In this document: positions 48,730 to 58,803 of the stretch, in pieces
How the letters are laid out: each line of letters begins with the position of its first letter
Numbering within the stretch: position 1 is the stretch's first letter
NCBI GenBank assembly: GCA_965198005.1
Contig: CBDAOI010000003.1
Coordinates: 384,001-448,000 of the forward strand
Direction of reading: 5' to 3'
DNA from: Spirochaetia bacterium
GTDB taxonomy: Bacteria > Spirochaetota > Spirochaetia > SZUA-6 > Bin103
DNA length: 64,000 bases
Translations under genes and position numbers: made by a program
Notes under the pieces: model-generated
Told to the model about the DNA's origin: nothing
Database searches by the model: none
The model's input: the letters and a program-made list of their open reading frames with translations, nothing else

Positions 48730-49071
48730 ATGGCAAGGAAGGCCCACCCCCCGATTCACCCTGGCGAGATCCTGCTACAGGAGTTTCTGGAGCCGATGGA
48801 ACTCAGCCAGTATCGGCTTGCGAAGGACATCAGCGTTCCCCCTCGGCGGATCAACGAGATCGTGCATGGCAAACGGGCGATCTCGGCTGATACAGCGCTC
48901 CGGCTTGCGCGCTATTTTGGCACGACCGAGCGCTTCTGGCTTAACCTGCAAACGCGCTACGTGCTCGAGGTGGAGAAAGGACGACTGAAGGGACGTCTCA
49001 GTAAGGAAGTGATGGTACTGCGAGAGGCGCCACCGACAGCACAGGCGCATTCCGGAAGCGGAACTTCCTGA
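48730..49071 (+). CDS. higA: HigA antitoxin
   Basis: PIHPGEILLQEFL, RINEIV.GKR.I.ADTALRL.RYFGT...FWLNLQ. Confidence 0.93.
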   Translation: MARKAHPPIHPGEILLQEFLEPMELSQYRLAKDISVPPRRINEIVHGKRAISADTALRLARYFGTTERFWLNLQTRYVLEVEKGRLKGRLSKEVMVLREAPPTAQAHSGSGTS

Positions 49072-49204
49072 ACACCTGACGTGCAAGACGGACTACGCGC
49101 GACGGCCCACGTCACGACAAGGGGCCTTCGCGCTCGCAGTTTCCTTGAAACTGTCTCGATAGCCAAAAGAAGAGGTTCATTTACAGGGAGCGAAGGCGAC
49201 CCCC

Positions 49205-50122
49205 TTAATAGGCACCCATACGCCCGACGCCGCCCTTCAGCCTCGGATCAAGCAGGTCTCTCACGGCGTCGCCGAACATGTTTAGACTGAAGACTGTAAT
49301 AGTCAGCGCAAGGCCGGGCCAGAGAGCCAGCCACGGGGCCATCTCCATATACTGACGTCCTTCCCGGCTGAGCAAGCCTCCCCAGCTAGGAACCTCCACT
49401 GGCAATCCAAATCCCAGGAAGCTCAGAGAAGCCTCACTGATAATCACCCCCCCGATGTTGATGCTGAATATGATGATTACGATGGGCATAATATTGGGCA
49501 GGACATGTCGGATAAGTACTCTCCATTTTGAGTTGCCAATAGCATATGCCGCTGAAAAATATATATTCTCTTTAACGCCAATAACGGCGCTTCTGGTTAT
49601 TCTTGAGCCGCCGATGCCTCCTGATATCCCCAGGACCACTATTATCTGTGGCACTCCCCGCCCCACTATAGACATTATGGTCAACAAAAGGAGCAGCCCC
49701 GGGAAAGCCATCCAGGCATCGACAAATCTCTGCATAGTCAGGTCCAATTTACCACCAAGGAATCCGGAAGTGCCGCCTATCAGGAGAGCGACGACAACAT
49801 TGAGAGCGGTCGCGGACAGACCGACAAATATCGAAAGACGAGCACCGTAGATAATGCGGCTCAAGAAGTCTCGCCCCAACTGGTCGGTACCCACCAGATA
49901 CCGGACCGATGAGCCCTTCAGCCTGTCTACCGGGTGTATTTCCCAATATGGATAAGGAGCCAGAACATCGGCAAAGATAGCCACAAGAATCATTAGCAAT
50001 ACGATAATCCCGCAGGCAGTACCCAGTGGCTTCTCCCTCCACAACCTGATGAAGAAATCAGCAAGCGCGTTACGTCTCTTTGGCTCACTTACTGGTGATG
50101 GTATCTCTGTGGCGTTACTCAT
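49205..50122 (-). CDS. Peptide/nickel ABC transporter permease (DppC-type)
   Basis: GTDQLGRD..SR..YGAR, RHVLPN, EASLSFLG, GDAVRDLLDPR. Confidence 0.93.
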   Translation of the reverse strand: MSNATEIPSPVSEPKRRNALADFFIRLWREKPLGTACGIIVLLMILVAIFADVLAPYPYWEIHPVDRLKGSSVRYLVGTDQLGRDFLSRIIYGARLSIFVGLSATALNVVVALLIGGTSGFLGGKLDLTMQRFVDAWMAFPGLLLLLTIMSIVGRGVPQIIVVLGISGGIGGSRITRSAVIGVKENIYFSAAYAIGNSKWRVLIRHVLPNIMPIVIIIFSINIGGVIISEASLSFLGFGLPVEVPSWGGLLSREGRQYMEMAPWLALWPGLALTITVFSLNMFGDAVRDLLDPRLKGGVGRMGAY

Positions 50123-51132
50123 ACTCGTTGTTTCCCCTTATAACGTACCCTGGGGTCTAAATAAGGATAAATCAGGTCGATAAATAGATTGGCCCCCACA
50201 ACCACGGTGGCGAAAAACAGGTTTACTCCGGAGACCACTGGGTAGTCTCTCTCATTGAGTGCATTCACCATGAGACGACCTAGCCCCGGCAGGGCAAATA
50301 AGTTCTCCATGATAACGGAGCCACCTACCAGGATAGGCAACTGCATGCCTATAAGGGTAACTATCGGGATGAAGGCATTTTTGAGGGCGTGTCTCATAAT
50401 AACTACCCTCTCCTTGAGACCCTTGGACCAGGCCGTCCTGATATAGTCCTGCCTGAGCACGTCCAGCATCGCGGTACGCGTCAGCCGCATCGTGCCTGCA
50501 GACATGGCCGTCCCCAGAATCACGCTGGGAATGATGAACATCCCGAGATTCCCCAGCGGATCTTCCGTGAAAGGAACCCACTCCATCGGTGGCGCCCAGC
50601 CCCACCAGATTGACGGGAAGAGCAGGACCATAATTCCCAGCCAGAAGTTAGGCGTTGCCATGCCGATGATGGCTATGGAGCGCCCCACGTAGTCGGCGAC
50701 CGTATCCTGACGAATCGCCGAGTAGATGCCGACTGGCAACGCTATCAACTGCCCGAGTACGAGTGCCATGAGGCCAAGCTCAATGGTTATCGGCAGGCTA
50801 GCTATTATTCTCTCCTCTACCGCAACACCCCAAAACAGTGAGTCGCCAAGGGTGCCCTGGAGGATACCTCTAAAGTGGGACTCACCGGTAATCCAGTCAG
50901 GGGTCGGCAACACTCCTATCCAGCGTCCATACTGCACGTAGGCAGGCACGTCCAATCCCAGCATACGCTCAAAAACTTCACGGTCTATCTCTTGACCTAC
51001 ATCTTGTAACCTTCCTTCTATTATGTCTATTACATCGCCCGGGATGAAGCGGACCAGGAGAAAGACGAGGATGGTCAGTATGAACAGAGTCGGGATTATC
51101 AGAAATAAGCGCCTGATGATATAGGCTCTCAT
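50119..51132 (-). CDS. Peptide/nickel ABC transporter permease (DppB-type)
   Basis: YIIRRL, QDYIRTAWSKGL, RHALKNA, RDYPVV, LDPRV. Confidence 0.93.
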   Translation of the reverse strand: MRAYIIRRLFLIIPTLFILTILVFLLVRFIPGDVIDIIEGRLQDVGQEIDREVFERMLGLDVPAYVQYGRWIGVLPTPDWITGESHFRGILQGTLGDSLFWGVAVEERIIASLPITIELGLMALVLGQLIALPVGIYSAIRQDTVADYVGRSIAIIGMATPNFWLGIMVLLFPSIWWGWAPPMEWVPFTEDPLGNLGMFIIPSVILGTAMSAGTMRLTRTAMLDVLRQDYIRTAWSKGLKERVVIMRHALKNAFIPIVTLIGMQLPILVGGSVIMENLFALPGLGRLMVNALNERDYPVVSGVNLFFATVVVGANLFIDLIYPYLDPRVRYKGKQRV

Positions 51133-51176
51133 GTTACACACCTCATTGCGATTTCACCCGTTATTGCGCTTTCCGC

Positions 51177-51203
51177 CGTCATTCCCGCGAAAGCGGGAAT
51201 CCA
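51177..51203. repeat. REP-like palindrome
   Basis: CGTCATTCCCGCGAAAGCGGGAATCCA, a widespread hairpin type. Degenerate GTCATT-starting relatives occur on the minus strand to about 51405. Confidence 0.7.
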
Positions 51204-51479
51204 CCTTCCACGTCTTTCCGGCCCCTTCCACTGAAGGGCTTGTCCTGAACGAAGTTGAATGGAGCGGCACTCTATAGGGTGCGAATGACCCCTGCCAAAA
51301 AACTCGCCTCTCACCGTTTTGGGAAGTCCAGGGTTCAAGGATCGCTCGAAAGAACACCTGTAGCCCATCGGAATGACAGCAAGAAAGCACGCCTCGCAAT
51401 GACATGGTGTATGGGAGCCGGAAAGCCTCAGCCCCCCAGCTCCCTTTTTCCCTGAGCTCAGCTACAAGGGGTGCAACCC

Positions 51480-53373
51480 CTAATAACCCATTGCTGCCTT
51501 CATCTCATTATCAAACCAGAGGCGGCTGAAGACATCCTGAATTTTCCCTGCTCCAAAGCCGCCTTCGCCGTTATAACCCATCAGCCAAGGCCAATGCACG
51601 TTAAAGGCTGGGCCCAAAGGCCCCCATATAATCCAGTGCTGCTCTATACTGCGCATGTCCATCTCTTTAATCAGCCTCACCTGCTCCTCGGCGGTCTCAG
51701 CGGTCAAGGCAGCTTCATACAGGGCATCATATTCAGCGTCGCTGACTCCTCCGCTGTTCCAAGGATGGCCCGAGTAAAACCTAGGGAATTGAGTGAATGG
51801 ATCAGCCTTGACGCCCGAAACTGTTATTATCAAATCAAACTCTCCAGCTCTCACTTTGGCGTTATGTTCTGCAAGGTTAGGTGTCAGAATTTCCACACGA
51901 ACGCCAATCTCACGCCAATATGCAGCCTGCATTTCTGTCCAGCTCAAATCAAACCGCTCGAAGTGCAAGAACGTGGACTTGAATCTAAAGCCGTCGGCGC
52001 CACGAGGATATCCAGCCTCATCAAGCAGTTTCTCGGCACCTTCCGGATCATACGTGTAGTATCCCTTGAGCTCATCGGACCACTCTTCAAATAGGGTTGT
52101 ATAAGCCGTAAATTCCCTGCCTACGAACCCCCTAGGGGTCGTATCTGCCCTACCCTTAAAGTAGGTAGCGTTCATGGTCTCGAGGTCCAGTCCCATCTGC
52201 ATTGCGTGGCGCACCCTGATGTCGTCCCAGGGCGGCGCGCGGAAATTAGGCCAAGCAGAAGCATTCGACCGTTCTGACCACGGGATCACCACGAGTTCGG
52301 GGTTGGTCCGCATGAGGCTCTCTGCCTGGTCTACAGAGTTTATTTGAGAGGCGCCCTGATAACCTACGTAATCGACCTTACCCGCTCGCAGTGCCGCCAG
52401 AATTGTTGACACGTCCGGGGTAACAAGCAGCTTGTACTCGTCAAAATAGGGCAGGCGGTTCTCTGGGTATTTTTCGTCGTAGCCCCAGTAGTTGGGATTC
52501 TTGGTGTAGGTGACAGAGCTGCCCAGGATCCAGTCAGTTATCATAAAGGGACCGGTGCCCACCAGGTTCCTCCAATCGGAAATGTCGCCGTATTGCTCGA
52601 TTACCTCGGGGGGCTGTATAAACATACTGTTGCCGTCCAAGATAAGGTTCAGATACCCCAGAACACGTAATCGACCTTACCCGCTCGCAGTGCCGCCAGA
52701 ATTGTTGACACGTCCGGGGTAACAAGCAGCTTGTACTCGTCAAAATAGGGCAGGCGGTTCTCTGGGTATTTTTCGTCAGCTTCATGACAACCGTATATTT
52801 GTCGGTGGCCTCTATCGATTCCCAAGGCAGTTTTCCGAGCTCACTTGCAAGTGGGGAGGGTTCGGTGAAACCGCTGCCCAGACCCAAGAAACGGTGAAAG
52901 GAATGTTCTACATCCTTGGCAGTTAGCTCCCGACCGTTCATCGGCGCCTTATCCTGCCAGTGAACGCCTTTACGGATATTGAACACATAAGTTGTGCCGT
53001 CGGTTTGTTCCCAACTTTCCGCCAGCGCCCCCTTCAGGGCGAATAGAGGCGCCATGTAGCCGCCAACAAAAGGATATATGTCCCTATCTATGGCCCAGTC
53101 TATCGTGCCAAGTTTCTCTACAACGGGACTGGTCATCATTGCAGCTCTACCGTGTATATAGTTGTCAGAATAGCCATAATCGGCCTTCCTGGCATAGTGC
53201 ATTGTCCCACCATATTCTGGCGCAGTGTACACCTTGCCGGTGACGGGGTCGGTTACATACTTCTTGTCAGCGGCGGTCGCGTCTTCCTCTGCGCCAGCGG
53301 CCCAGAGGCCGGTCGCGGTCACAACCAGGACCAACGCTACTGCGAAGGTCATTCTAATTCTTACAATATTCAT
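51480..53373 (-). pseudogene. Family-5 ABC substrate-binding protein, interrupted by a 113-bp internal duplication
   Basis: Signal peptide, LAESWE, FNIRKGV.W, GTGPF, NPNYW, RVRHAM, YDPE.A..LL.EAG. 52665-52777 is identical to 52366-52478. Confidence 0.85.
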
Positions 53374-53858
53374 ACGTTTCTCCGTATGTAGATTTTTCGA
53401 GAGTATTGCGTAGCGGAGTGCCGCTCCCTGGCTACTCTCATGCCCGCAACCGCGGGCGCGCCCGCCAACGCGGACGGCCAGTCTGAGTCAATTTGTGAAG
53501 CGCGCGGCGTGTGACTCATCCGGGTTCACCCCGGCTCACGCCGCGCGCCTACGGCTCTTTGAGTATCATTTTGCACCCCCTTTTTTGAGCTATTGGGTGC
53601 TCTGACAGGACCGTGGCTCGGCGATCGGGCGAGCCGCTGCCGCGGCTAGCGCGCATCTGTCGTCGACAACTCTGGTCGGGCACAGATGTGTCGGTTGTCT
53701 GTATAGAGGTGCCGGCAACGCCGGCTGGTGTGGACCGGTGGAGTTTGCGGCCGACCGGGTCGGCCGTTGGACGCACAGATGCGTGGCGGCTGTGCGCCAC
53801 ACGCATCAATGGTGCAGCGCTCAGCACCGGCGCCGCGCGAACGGCTGTCGCGCGGTTA

Positions 53859-53886
53859 GGTGAGCGGTGAGCGGTGAGCGGTGAGC
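53859..53886. repeat. GGTGAGC x4 tandem repeat
   Basis: Read directly from the sequence. Confidence 0.85.
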
Positions 53887-53910
53887 CCACCGGCTGCGTC
53901 ACCGACCCGC

Positions 53911-54187
53911 GACTGCGCTGGCTGTCATCATGGCGCTTCATCGGCATCCGTCGAAACCCCAAGCGAGGCACGCTAGCATAGGCGCGGCGCGCCTGTCAAC
54001 GACTCGGAGGTGACCGAACGTCACCGCCGACCGGCGACTGCGCTGACTGTCATCATGGCGCTTCATCGGCATCCGTCGAACCCCAGGCGAGGCACGCTAG
54101 CATAGGGGCCGCGCGCCTGTCAACGACTCGGACGTCACCGAACATCACCGGCCACCGGTCACTGCGCTGACTGTCATCATGGCGCTT
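53911..54187. repeat. Tandem repeat, ~124-125 bp unit x ~2.2
   Basis: ACTGCGCTG(G/A)CTGTCATCATGGCGCTT starts at about 53912, 54037 and 54161, and the intervening sequence is also conserved. Confidence 0.9.
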
Positions 54188-54188
54188 G

Positions 54189-54260
54189 CTCGACGACCCG
54201 GGGTACAGAGCCCGATGGGAGAGGAAGCGTGCCGAGTACCTGGAGTGCGGAATCGGACGG
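54189..54260 (+). pseudogene. Short orphan fragment resembling the C-terminal nuclease-like tail of RecD-like helicases
   Basis: LDDPGYRARWERKRAEYLECGI. Confidence 0.4.
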
Positions 54261-54308
54261 CGTCCGCAACCAGGGTGTAGGTGAGGACCGCGCATCCTCC
54301 TGACGTCC

Positions 54309-55190
54309 CTATCCCTGGGCGCGCAGGCCGGCCAGCACGGCGTCGTCGTGCCGCCAGTTGGGGCGCACCTTGACGCGCAGGTCGAGCGTGACGCGGCGCC
54401 CGAAGATCTCGGTCAGCTCTGCCGCGGCGCCGACGCGGATGCGTGCAATGCCGCGGCCCCGGTGACCGACCACGATCCCGACCTGGCTTGGCCGTTCCAC
54501 CCAGATCGTGGCGCGCGCCCACAGCTCGCCGCCGTGCGGCTCCAGGTCCAGCACCTGGACGTACACGGCGTGCGGAACCTCGGCGCGGGTGCCGGTTATG
54601 GTCTGCTCGCGCACGATCTCGGCCACCCGGAACTCGGGACTCTGGTCGGTGTACATGTCGGCGGGGTAGAGCAGTTCGCCACGCGGACTCAGTTCCAGCA
54701 GCCGTTTGACGAGCTGCGCCACCCCCTGGCCGACGGCGGCGGAGATGCTCAGCGCCCGGCCCATGCCGGCGGCAAGCAGCGCGCTCTGCAACCCGGCGTC
54801 GGCCGCCGGCAGATCCGCCTTGTTGCGCAGCGCTACCAGCGGGCCCTGGAATCCGCCGCCGGCGTCGATTACCGCCTGATCTTCGGGCCCGAAGCGGCGC
54901 CCGGCGTCGAACACCAGCAGCAGCACGTCCACTTCCGGGACCACCCGCAGCGCGGCGTCCCGCAGCACGCGATTCAGCTTGCGCGTGCTGTCATGCAGGC
55001 CGGGCGTATCGAGAAAGATGAGCTGGTCGTCGCCGCGCGTGAGAATGCCGCGCACCCGCGTGCGGGTCGTCTGCGGCACCGGCGATACGATCGAGACCTT
55101 GTGTCCGCAGATCCGGTTGACCAGGGTGGACTTGCCGGTAGACGGGCGGCCGATCACCCCGACCGTGCCGACCCGACCGGGACCGGTCAC
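54309..55190 (-). CDS. era: GTPase Era
   Basis: GRPSTGKST, PQTTR, DTPG, NKAD, EVPHA, KH domain. Confidence 0.95.
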   Translation of the reverse strand: MTGPGRVGTVGVIGRPSTGKSTLVNRICGHKVSIVSPVPQTTRTRVRGILTRGDDQLIFLDTPGLHDSTRKLNRVLRDAALRVVPEVDVLLLVFDAGRRFGPEDQAVIDAGGGFQGPLVALRNKADLPAADAGLQSALLAAGMGRALSISAAVGQGVAQLVKRLLELSPRGELLYPADMYTDQSPEFRVAEIVREQTITGTRAEVPHAVYVQVLDLEPHGGELWARATIWVERPSQVGIVVGHRGRGIARIRVGAAAELTEIFGRRVTLDLRVKVRPNWRHDDAVLAGLRAQG

Positions 55191-55897
55191 GGAGAACCGG
55201 AGCGGCGTTCGGTCCCGCCCCGCGCCCGGCGCCGATCGAGGCGCCGCTCCAGACGTTCGGCACGGTTGCGCAGCGTCAGGCGGCGGCGCAATCCGTGCTC
55301 CACCAGAGTCAGGACGTCCTCGATCAGATCGTCGTTCCCCTCCGTCCCGAAGTTCACGAGCAACGCCGTGTACAGCGCCACCAGCATGCGCCGCACGTTG
55401 CGATAGCGGCCGATGCGGAACGTGCGCCGCCGATTGCCGGACTGGAGGATGTCGTCGATCAGGCCGCCGATCCGGTCCAGCACCCACTCCGCCCGCTGGC
55501 GCGGCACCACGCCTGGACAAGAGAAGCGGCGATCCCCCATCAGCATGCCACGCAGGATGGGACTGCGGCGCAGCCCCAGGGTGATGAACCGGTAGAGCGC
55601 CTTGAGTTGATTCATGGGTGACTCGAAGCGCGCAATCACGCGCCGCGCCTCGCCGATCGCGCGCCGTTCGATCAGGTCGAGGATGCGCGCGTAGAATTCT
55701 TCTTTGCTGCGGAAGTAGTTGTAGAAGCTGCCCGTGGCCAGGCCGGCATTGCCGGTGATCTGAGCGATGCTGACCGCCCGGTAGCCGTGCTCGGCGAACA
55801 GCCGTTCGCCGACCTCCAGCAACGCCGCCCGCCGCCGCCGACCCGGTTCGCCGACCGTCCCGGCGGTACCGTCCGGTATCAGTAGTTGCTCTGCCAT
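55187..55897 (-). CDS. TetR/AcrR family regulator
   Basis: LFAEHGY..VSIAQI...AGLATGSFYNYFRSKEE. Confidence 0.9.
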   Translation of the reverse strand: MAEQLLIPDGTAGTVGEPGRRRRAALLEVGERLFAEHGYRAVSIAQITGNAGLATGSFYNYFRSKEEFYARILDLIERRAIGEARRVIARFESPMNQLKALYRFITLGLRRSPILRGMLMGDRRFSCPGVVPRQRAEWVLDRIGGLIDDILQSGNRRRTFRIGRYRNVRRMLVALYTALLVNFGTEGNDDLIEDVLTLVEHGLRRRLTLRNRAERLERRLDRRRARGGTERRSGSP

Positions 55898-55925
55898 ACC
55901 CGCTCCCGACCGCCGCGAACCGAAG

Positions 55926-55941
55926 AAACGAATATTCGGTT
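55926..55941. promoter_or_regulatory. Candidate TetR operator palindrome between tetR and cysteate synthase
   Basis: AAaCGAATATTCGgTT, an AT-rich dyad in a GC-rich background. Confidence 0.45.
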
Positions 55942-56146
55942 CAGATATTCACCTTGCCTCGAAGCCCCTCAGCGCCTAACGGAACGGCTGTAGCAGGCTC
56001 TTTATGGGACACGCTAGCATTTTTCGCCGTCCGGAACAACCCGAGCCTGCCCGGTGCGTGTCGCAGCAAGTACACTACTGGCGATCGCTAGGTCACCGTT
56101 CAGGATAGCGGGCGGACCTGACCCGGAGCCGCTCTCGGGAGGGAAA

Positions 56147-57484
56147 TTGAGTACCGAGCACTACCAACTGCGGTGCATGGCCTGCGGCACGCTCCACGCC
56201 GACAGCGACCACGGGTTCCTGCTGGGCTGCCCGTGCAGCCGGCCGGCCGCGGGGCTGCTGCGCACCGAATATGCCGGCACCCGGTTCGCGCCCGGCGCGG
56301 CCGGCGGCCTGTTCCGCTACGCGCAGTGGCTGCCGGTACGCGCCCACCACCCGCTGGACCTCCTGCGGGGCGGCCGTCCCCCCGCCGGCGCGGTGGCCTA
56401 TCGCAGCGGCCGTCTGGCGCGTCGGCTCGGGCTGAACGACCTGGTCGTGCTGTTCAGCGGCTACTGGCCGGAGCGCGGCGCCCATCTGGAGACCTGCGTG
56501 TTCAAGGAGCTGGAGGCGCTGGCGGTGACCGCCCGCCTGCCGGCGGCGGAACGGCGGCCGCTGGTGGTGGCGTCGGCGGGCAACACCGGGCGCGCCTTCC
56601 ACGCAGTGTGCTCGCGCTACGACATCCCGGCGGTGGTCGTGGTGCCGGAAGCGGCGCTGCCGGCCCTGTGGACCACCGGCGCGGTGTCGCCCGAGGTCGC
56701 CCTGGTCGCGGTCGGCGGCAACGCCGACTACGCCGATGCGATTCGCGTCGCCGGCATGCTCGCCGAATCGCCCGCCTATCTGGCCGAGGGCGGCGCCCTC
56801 AACGTCGCGCGCCGCGACGGCATGGGTTCGGTGCTGCTGGCCGGGGTCGAGTGTGCGGGCCGGCTGCCGCGCCATTATTTCCAGGCGGTCGGCAGCGGAA
56901 CCGGCGCGATCGCGGCCTGGGAGATGGCGCAACGGCTGGTGCGCGACGGCCGCTTCGGGGCGCGCGTGCCGCGCCTGCAGCTCGCCCAGAACGCGCCGTT
57001 CACGATCATGGCCGACGCCTGGGAGGCAGGCAGCCGCTCCCTGCTGCCGCTCGCGCCGGCCACCGCCAAGCGGCGGATCGCGGCGATGAGCGCCGGCGTG
57101 CTGAGCAACCGGACGCCGCCCTACGCCCTGGCCGGCGGTCTGTTCGACGCCCTCACCGCCAGCGCCGGCGCCATGTACCGGGTCAGCAACCGGGAGGCCG
57201 CCGGCGCCGCGGCGCTGTTCGCCGCCAGCGAGGGCTGCGAGCTCGATCCGGCCGCGGCGGTGGCGGTCGCCGCGTTGCGGCAGGCGGTGGCTGGCGGCCG
57301 GGTGGCGCCGGACGACCCGGTGTTCCTCAACGTGACCGGCGGCGGCCTGCAGCGGCTGCGCGCGGCCGGGCGGGTGCGCGCGCTGCCGCCCGACCTCGTG
57401 GTCGACCACCGGGACGCGACCCCGGCGGCCCTGGAGGCGGCGCTGGTACGGGCGCCGGCGCAGCGCGAGCGGGCAATCGCATGA
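56147..57484 (+). CDS. capA: Cysteate synthase
   Basis: GYWPERGA..ETC.FKELEA, ASAGNTGRAF, GG..NVARRDGMG, YFQAVGSGTGAIAAWE, QNAPF, LSNR.PPY. GGAGGG Shine-Dalgarno before TTG. Confidence 0.9.
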   Translation: MSTEHYQLRCMACGTLHADSDHGFLLGCPCSRPAAGLLRTEYAGTRFAPGAAGGLFRYAQWLPVRAHHPLDLLRGGRPPAGAVAYRSGRLARRLGLNDLVVLFSGYWPERGAHLETCVFKELEALAVTARLPAAERRPLVVASAGNTGRAFHAVCSRYDIPAVVVVPEAALPALWTTGAVSPEVALVAVGGNADYADAIRVAGMLAESPAYLAEGGALNVARRDGMGSVLLAGVECAGRLPRHYFQAVGSGTGAIAAWEMAQRLVRDGRFGARVPRLQLAQNAPFTIMADAWEAGSRSLLPLAPATAKRRIAAMSAGVLSNRTPPYALAGGLFDALTASAGAMYRVSNREAAGAAALFAASEGCELDPAAAVAVAALRQAVAGGRVAPDDPVFLNVTGGGLQRLRAAGRVRALPPDLVVDHRDATPAALEAALVRAPAQRERAIA

Positions 57485-58803
57485 GCCGGCACGGTCACTC
57501 CGTGACACGGAAGACGATGAACACCGATACCCAGGCATCGCCTGCTGGCCGACACGTGCGCACCGGCGACCTGTTCGAGAAGTGCTCCGGCGACGGCGGC
57601 TACTTCGGCCGGTACCGCGCCGCCGGCGACAAGTTCGTGGTGCAGCCGATCCTGGATACCCTGCCGGGACCGCACATGGAGTCGAACGGCCGTCCGGTGA
57701 TCATGTGGGGCATCAACAGCTATCTCGGGCTCACCGGCAATCCCCGGATCAAGGCCGCGGCGCTGGCGTCGCTGGAGCAGTACTCCACCTCGGCGCCGAT
57801 GGGCTCCCGGCTGCTGACCGGCAACACCTCCAGGCACGAGGCGCTGGAGGCGCGGCTGGCGGAGTACTGCGAAAAGCCGGCGGCGGTGCTGTTCAACTAC
57901 GGCTACCTCGGCGTCATGGGCACCATCTCGGCCCTGATCGGCCCCAGCGACGAGGTGATCATCGACAAGCTGTCGCACGCGTCGATGATCGACGGCACCA
58001 TTCTGGCGATGGCGGGGCGCCGGTTCCGGCCCTTCCGCCACAACAGCATGGAGAGCCTGGAGCAGCAGTTGCAGGCGGCCCGGCGCAAGCGCGGCGGCGG
58101 CATTCTGATCGTGGTCGAGGGGGTCTACGGCATGCGCGGCGACCTGGCCAACCTGCCGGAAATCGCGGCCCTGGCGCGCCGCTACGAGGCCCGCATCTTC
58201 GTCGACGATGCCCACGGCTTCGCCGTGATGGGGCCGAGCGGGCGCGGCACCGCGGAGCACTTCGGCGTGCAGGATGAGATCGACCTCTACTTCGGCACCT
58301 TCGCCAAGGCGTTCGCGGCGATCGGCGGCGTGACCGCGGGCGAACGCGACGTGATCGAGTACATCCGCTTCAACGCGCGTACCAACGTGTTCGCCAAGGC
58401 GCTGCCGATGGTCTACGTCGACGCGCTGAACGCCACGCTGGATGAGATCCTGGCCCATCCCGAATATCGCGCACGGATGTGGCGCAACGCCCACAAGCTG
58501 CAACGCGGCCTGGTGGAGCTCGGATACAGCATCGGCGATACCGAATCACCGATCACGCCGGTGTACGTGCCGTCGGGCGAAGAAACCGGCCGAGCGATCA
58601 TGGTGATGCTGCGCGAGGAGTATGGGGTGTTTCTCTCGGGCGTCACCTATCCGGTGGTGCCGCGCGGCATCAACCTGTTTCGCATGATCCCGACCGCGTT
58701 GCACACCGACCAGGACATCGAGGTCACGCTGCGCGCGTTTGCCGAGATCCGTGACCGCCTGCACCTCGAGCTCGACCGCGTCCCCCAGCTCGCCACCGCC
58801 TGA
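57481..58803 (+). CDS. capB: Alpha-oxoamine synthase resembling cysteate-C-fatty acyltransferase
   Basis: DLFEK..G.FG, GP.M..NG...W..N.YLGL, PMGSRL, SHASMIDG, VDDAHG, GTFAK, IRFN.R...FAKALPM. ATGA overlap with cysteate synthase. Confidence 0.78.
   Translation: MSRHGHSVTRKTMNTDTQASPAGRHVRTGDLFEKCSGDGGYFGRYRAAGDKFVVQPILDTLPGPHMESNGRPVIMWGINSYLGLTGNPRIKAAALASLEQYSTSAPMGSRLLTGNTSRHEALEARLAEYCEKPAAVLFNYGYLGVMGTISALIGPSDEVIIDKLSHASMIDGTILAMAGRRFRPFRHNSMESLEQQLQAARRKRGGGILIVVEGVYGMRGDLANLPEIAALARRYEARIFVDDAHGFAVMGPSGRGTAEHFGVQDEIDLYFGTFAKAFAAIGGVTAGERDVIEYIRFNARTNVFAKALPMVYVDALNATLDEILAHPEYRARMWRNAHKLQRGLVELGYSIGDTESPITPVYVPSGEETGRAIMVMLREEYGVFLSGVTYPVVPRGINLFRMIPTALHTDQDIEVTLRAFAEIRDRLHLELDRVPQLATA
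57488..57542 (+). repeat. Dispersed 5'-end repeat, copy 2
   Basis: 46/55 identical to 60632-60686 by hand alignment. Confidence 0.85.

Noticed and set aside
52366-52777. Possible diversity-generating retroelement TR/VR pair
   Set aside because: The copies are identical with no adenine-specific differences, and there is no reverse transcriptase in the window.
53400-53560. Riboswitch upstream of the ABC substrate-binding gene
   Set aside because: Hairpins are present, but I could not recognise TPP, cobalamin, SAM or FMN consensus elements.
53911-54187. Possible CRISPR array
   Set aside because: The sequence between the conserved blocks is also repeated, so there are no unique spacers. The unit is about 125 bp and no cas genes are present.
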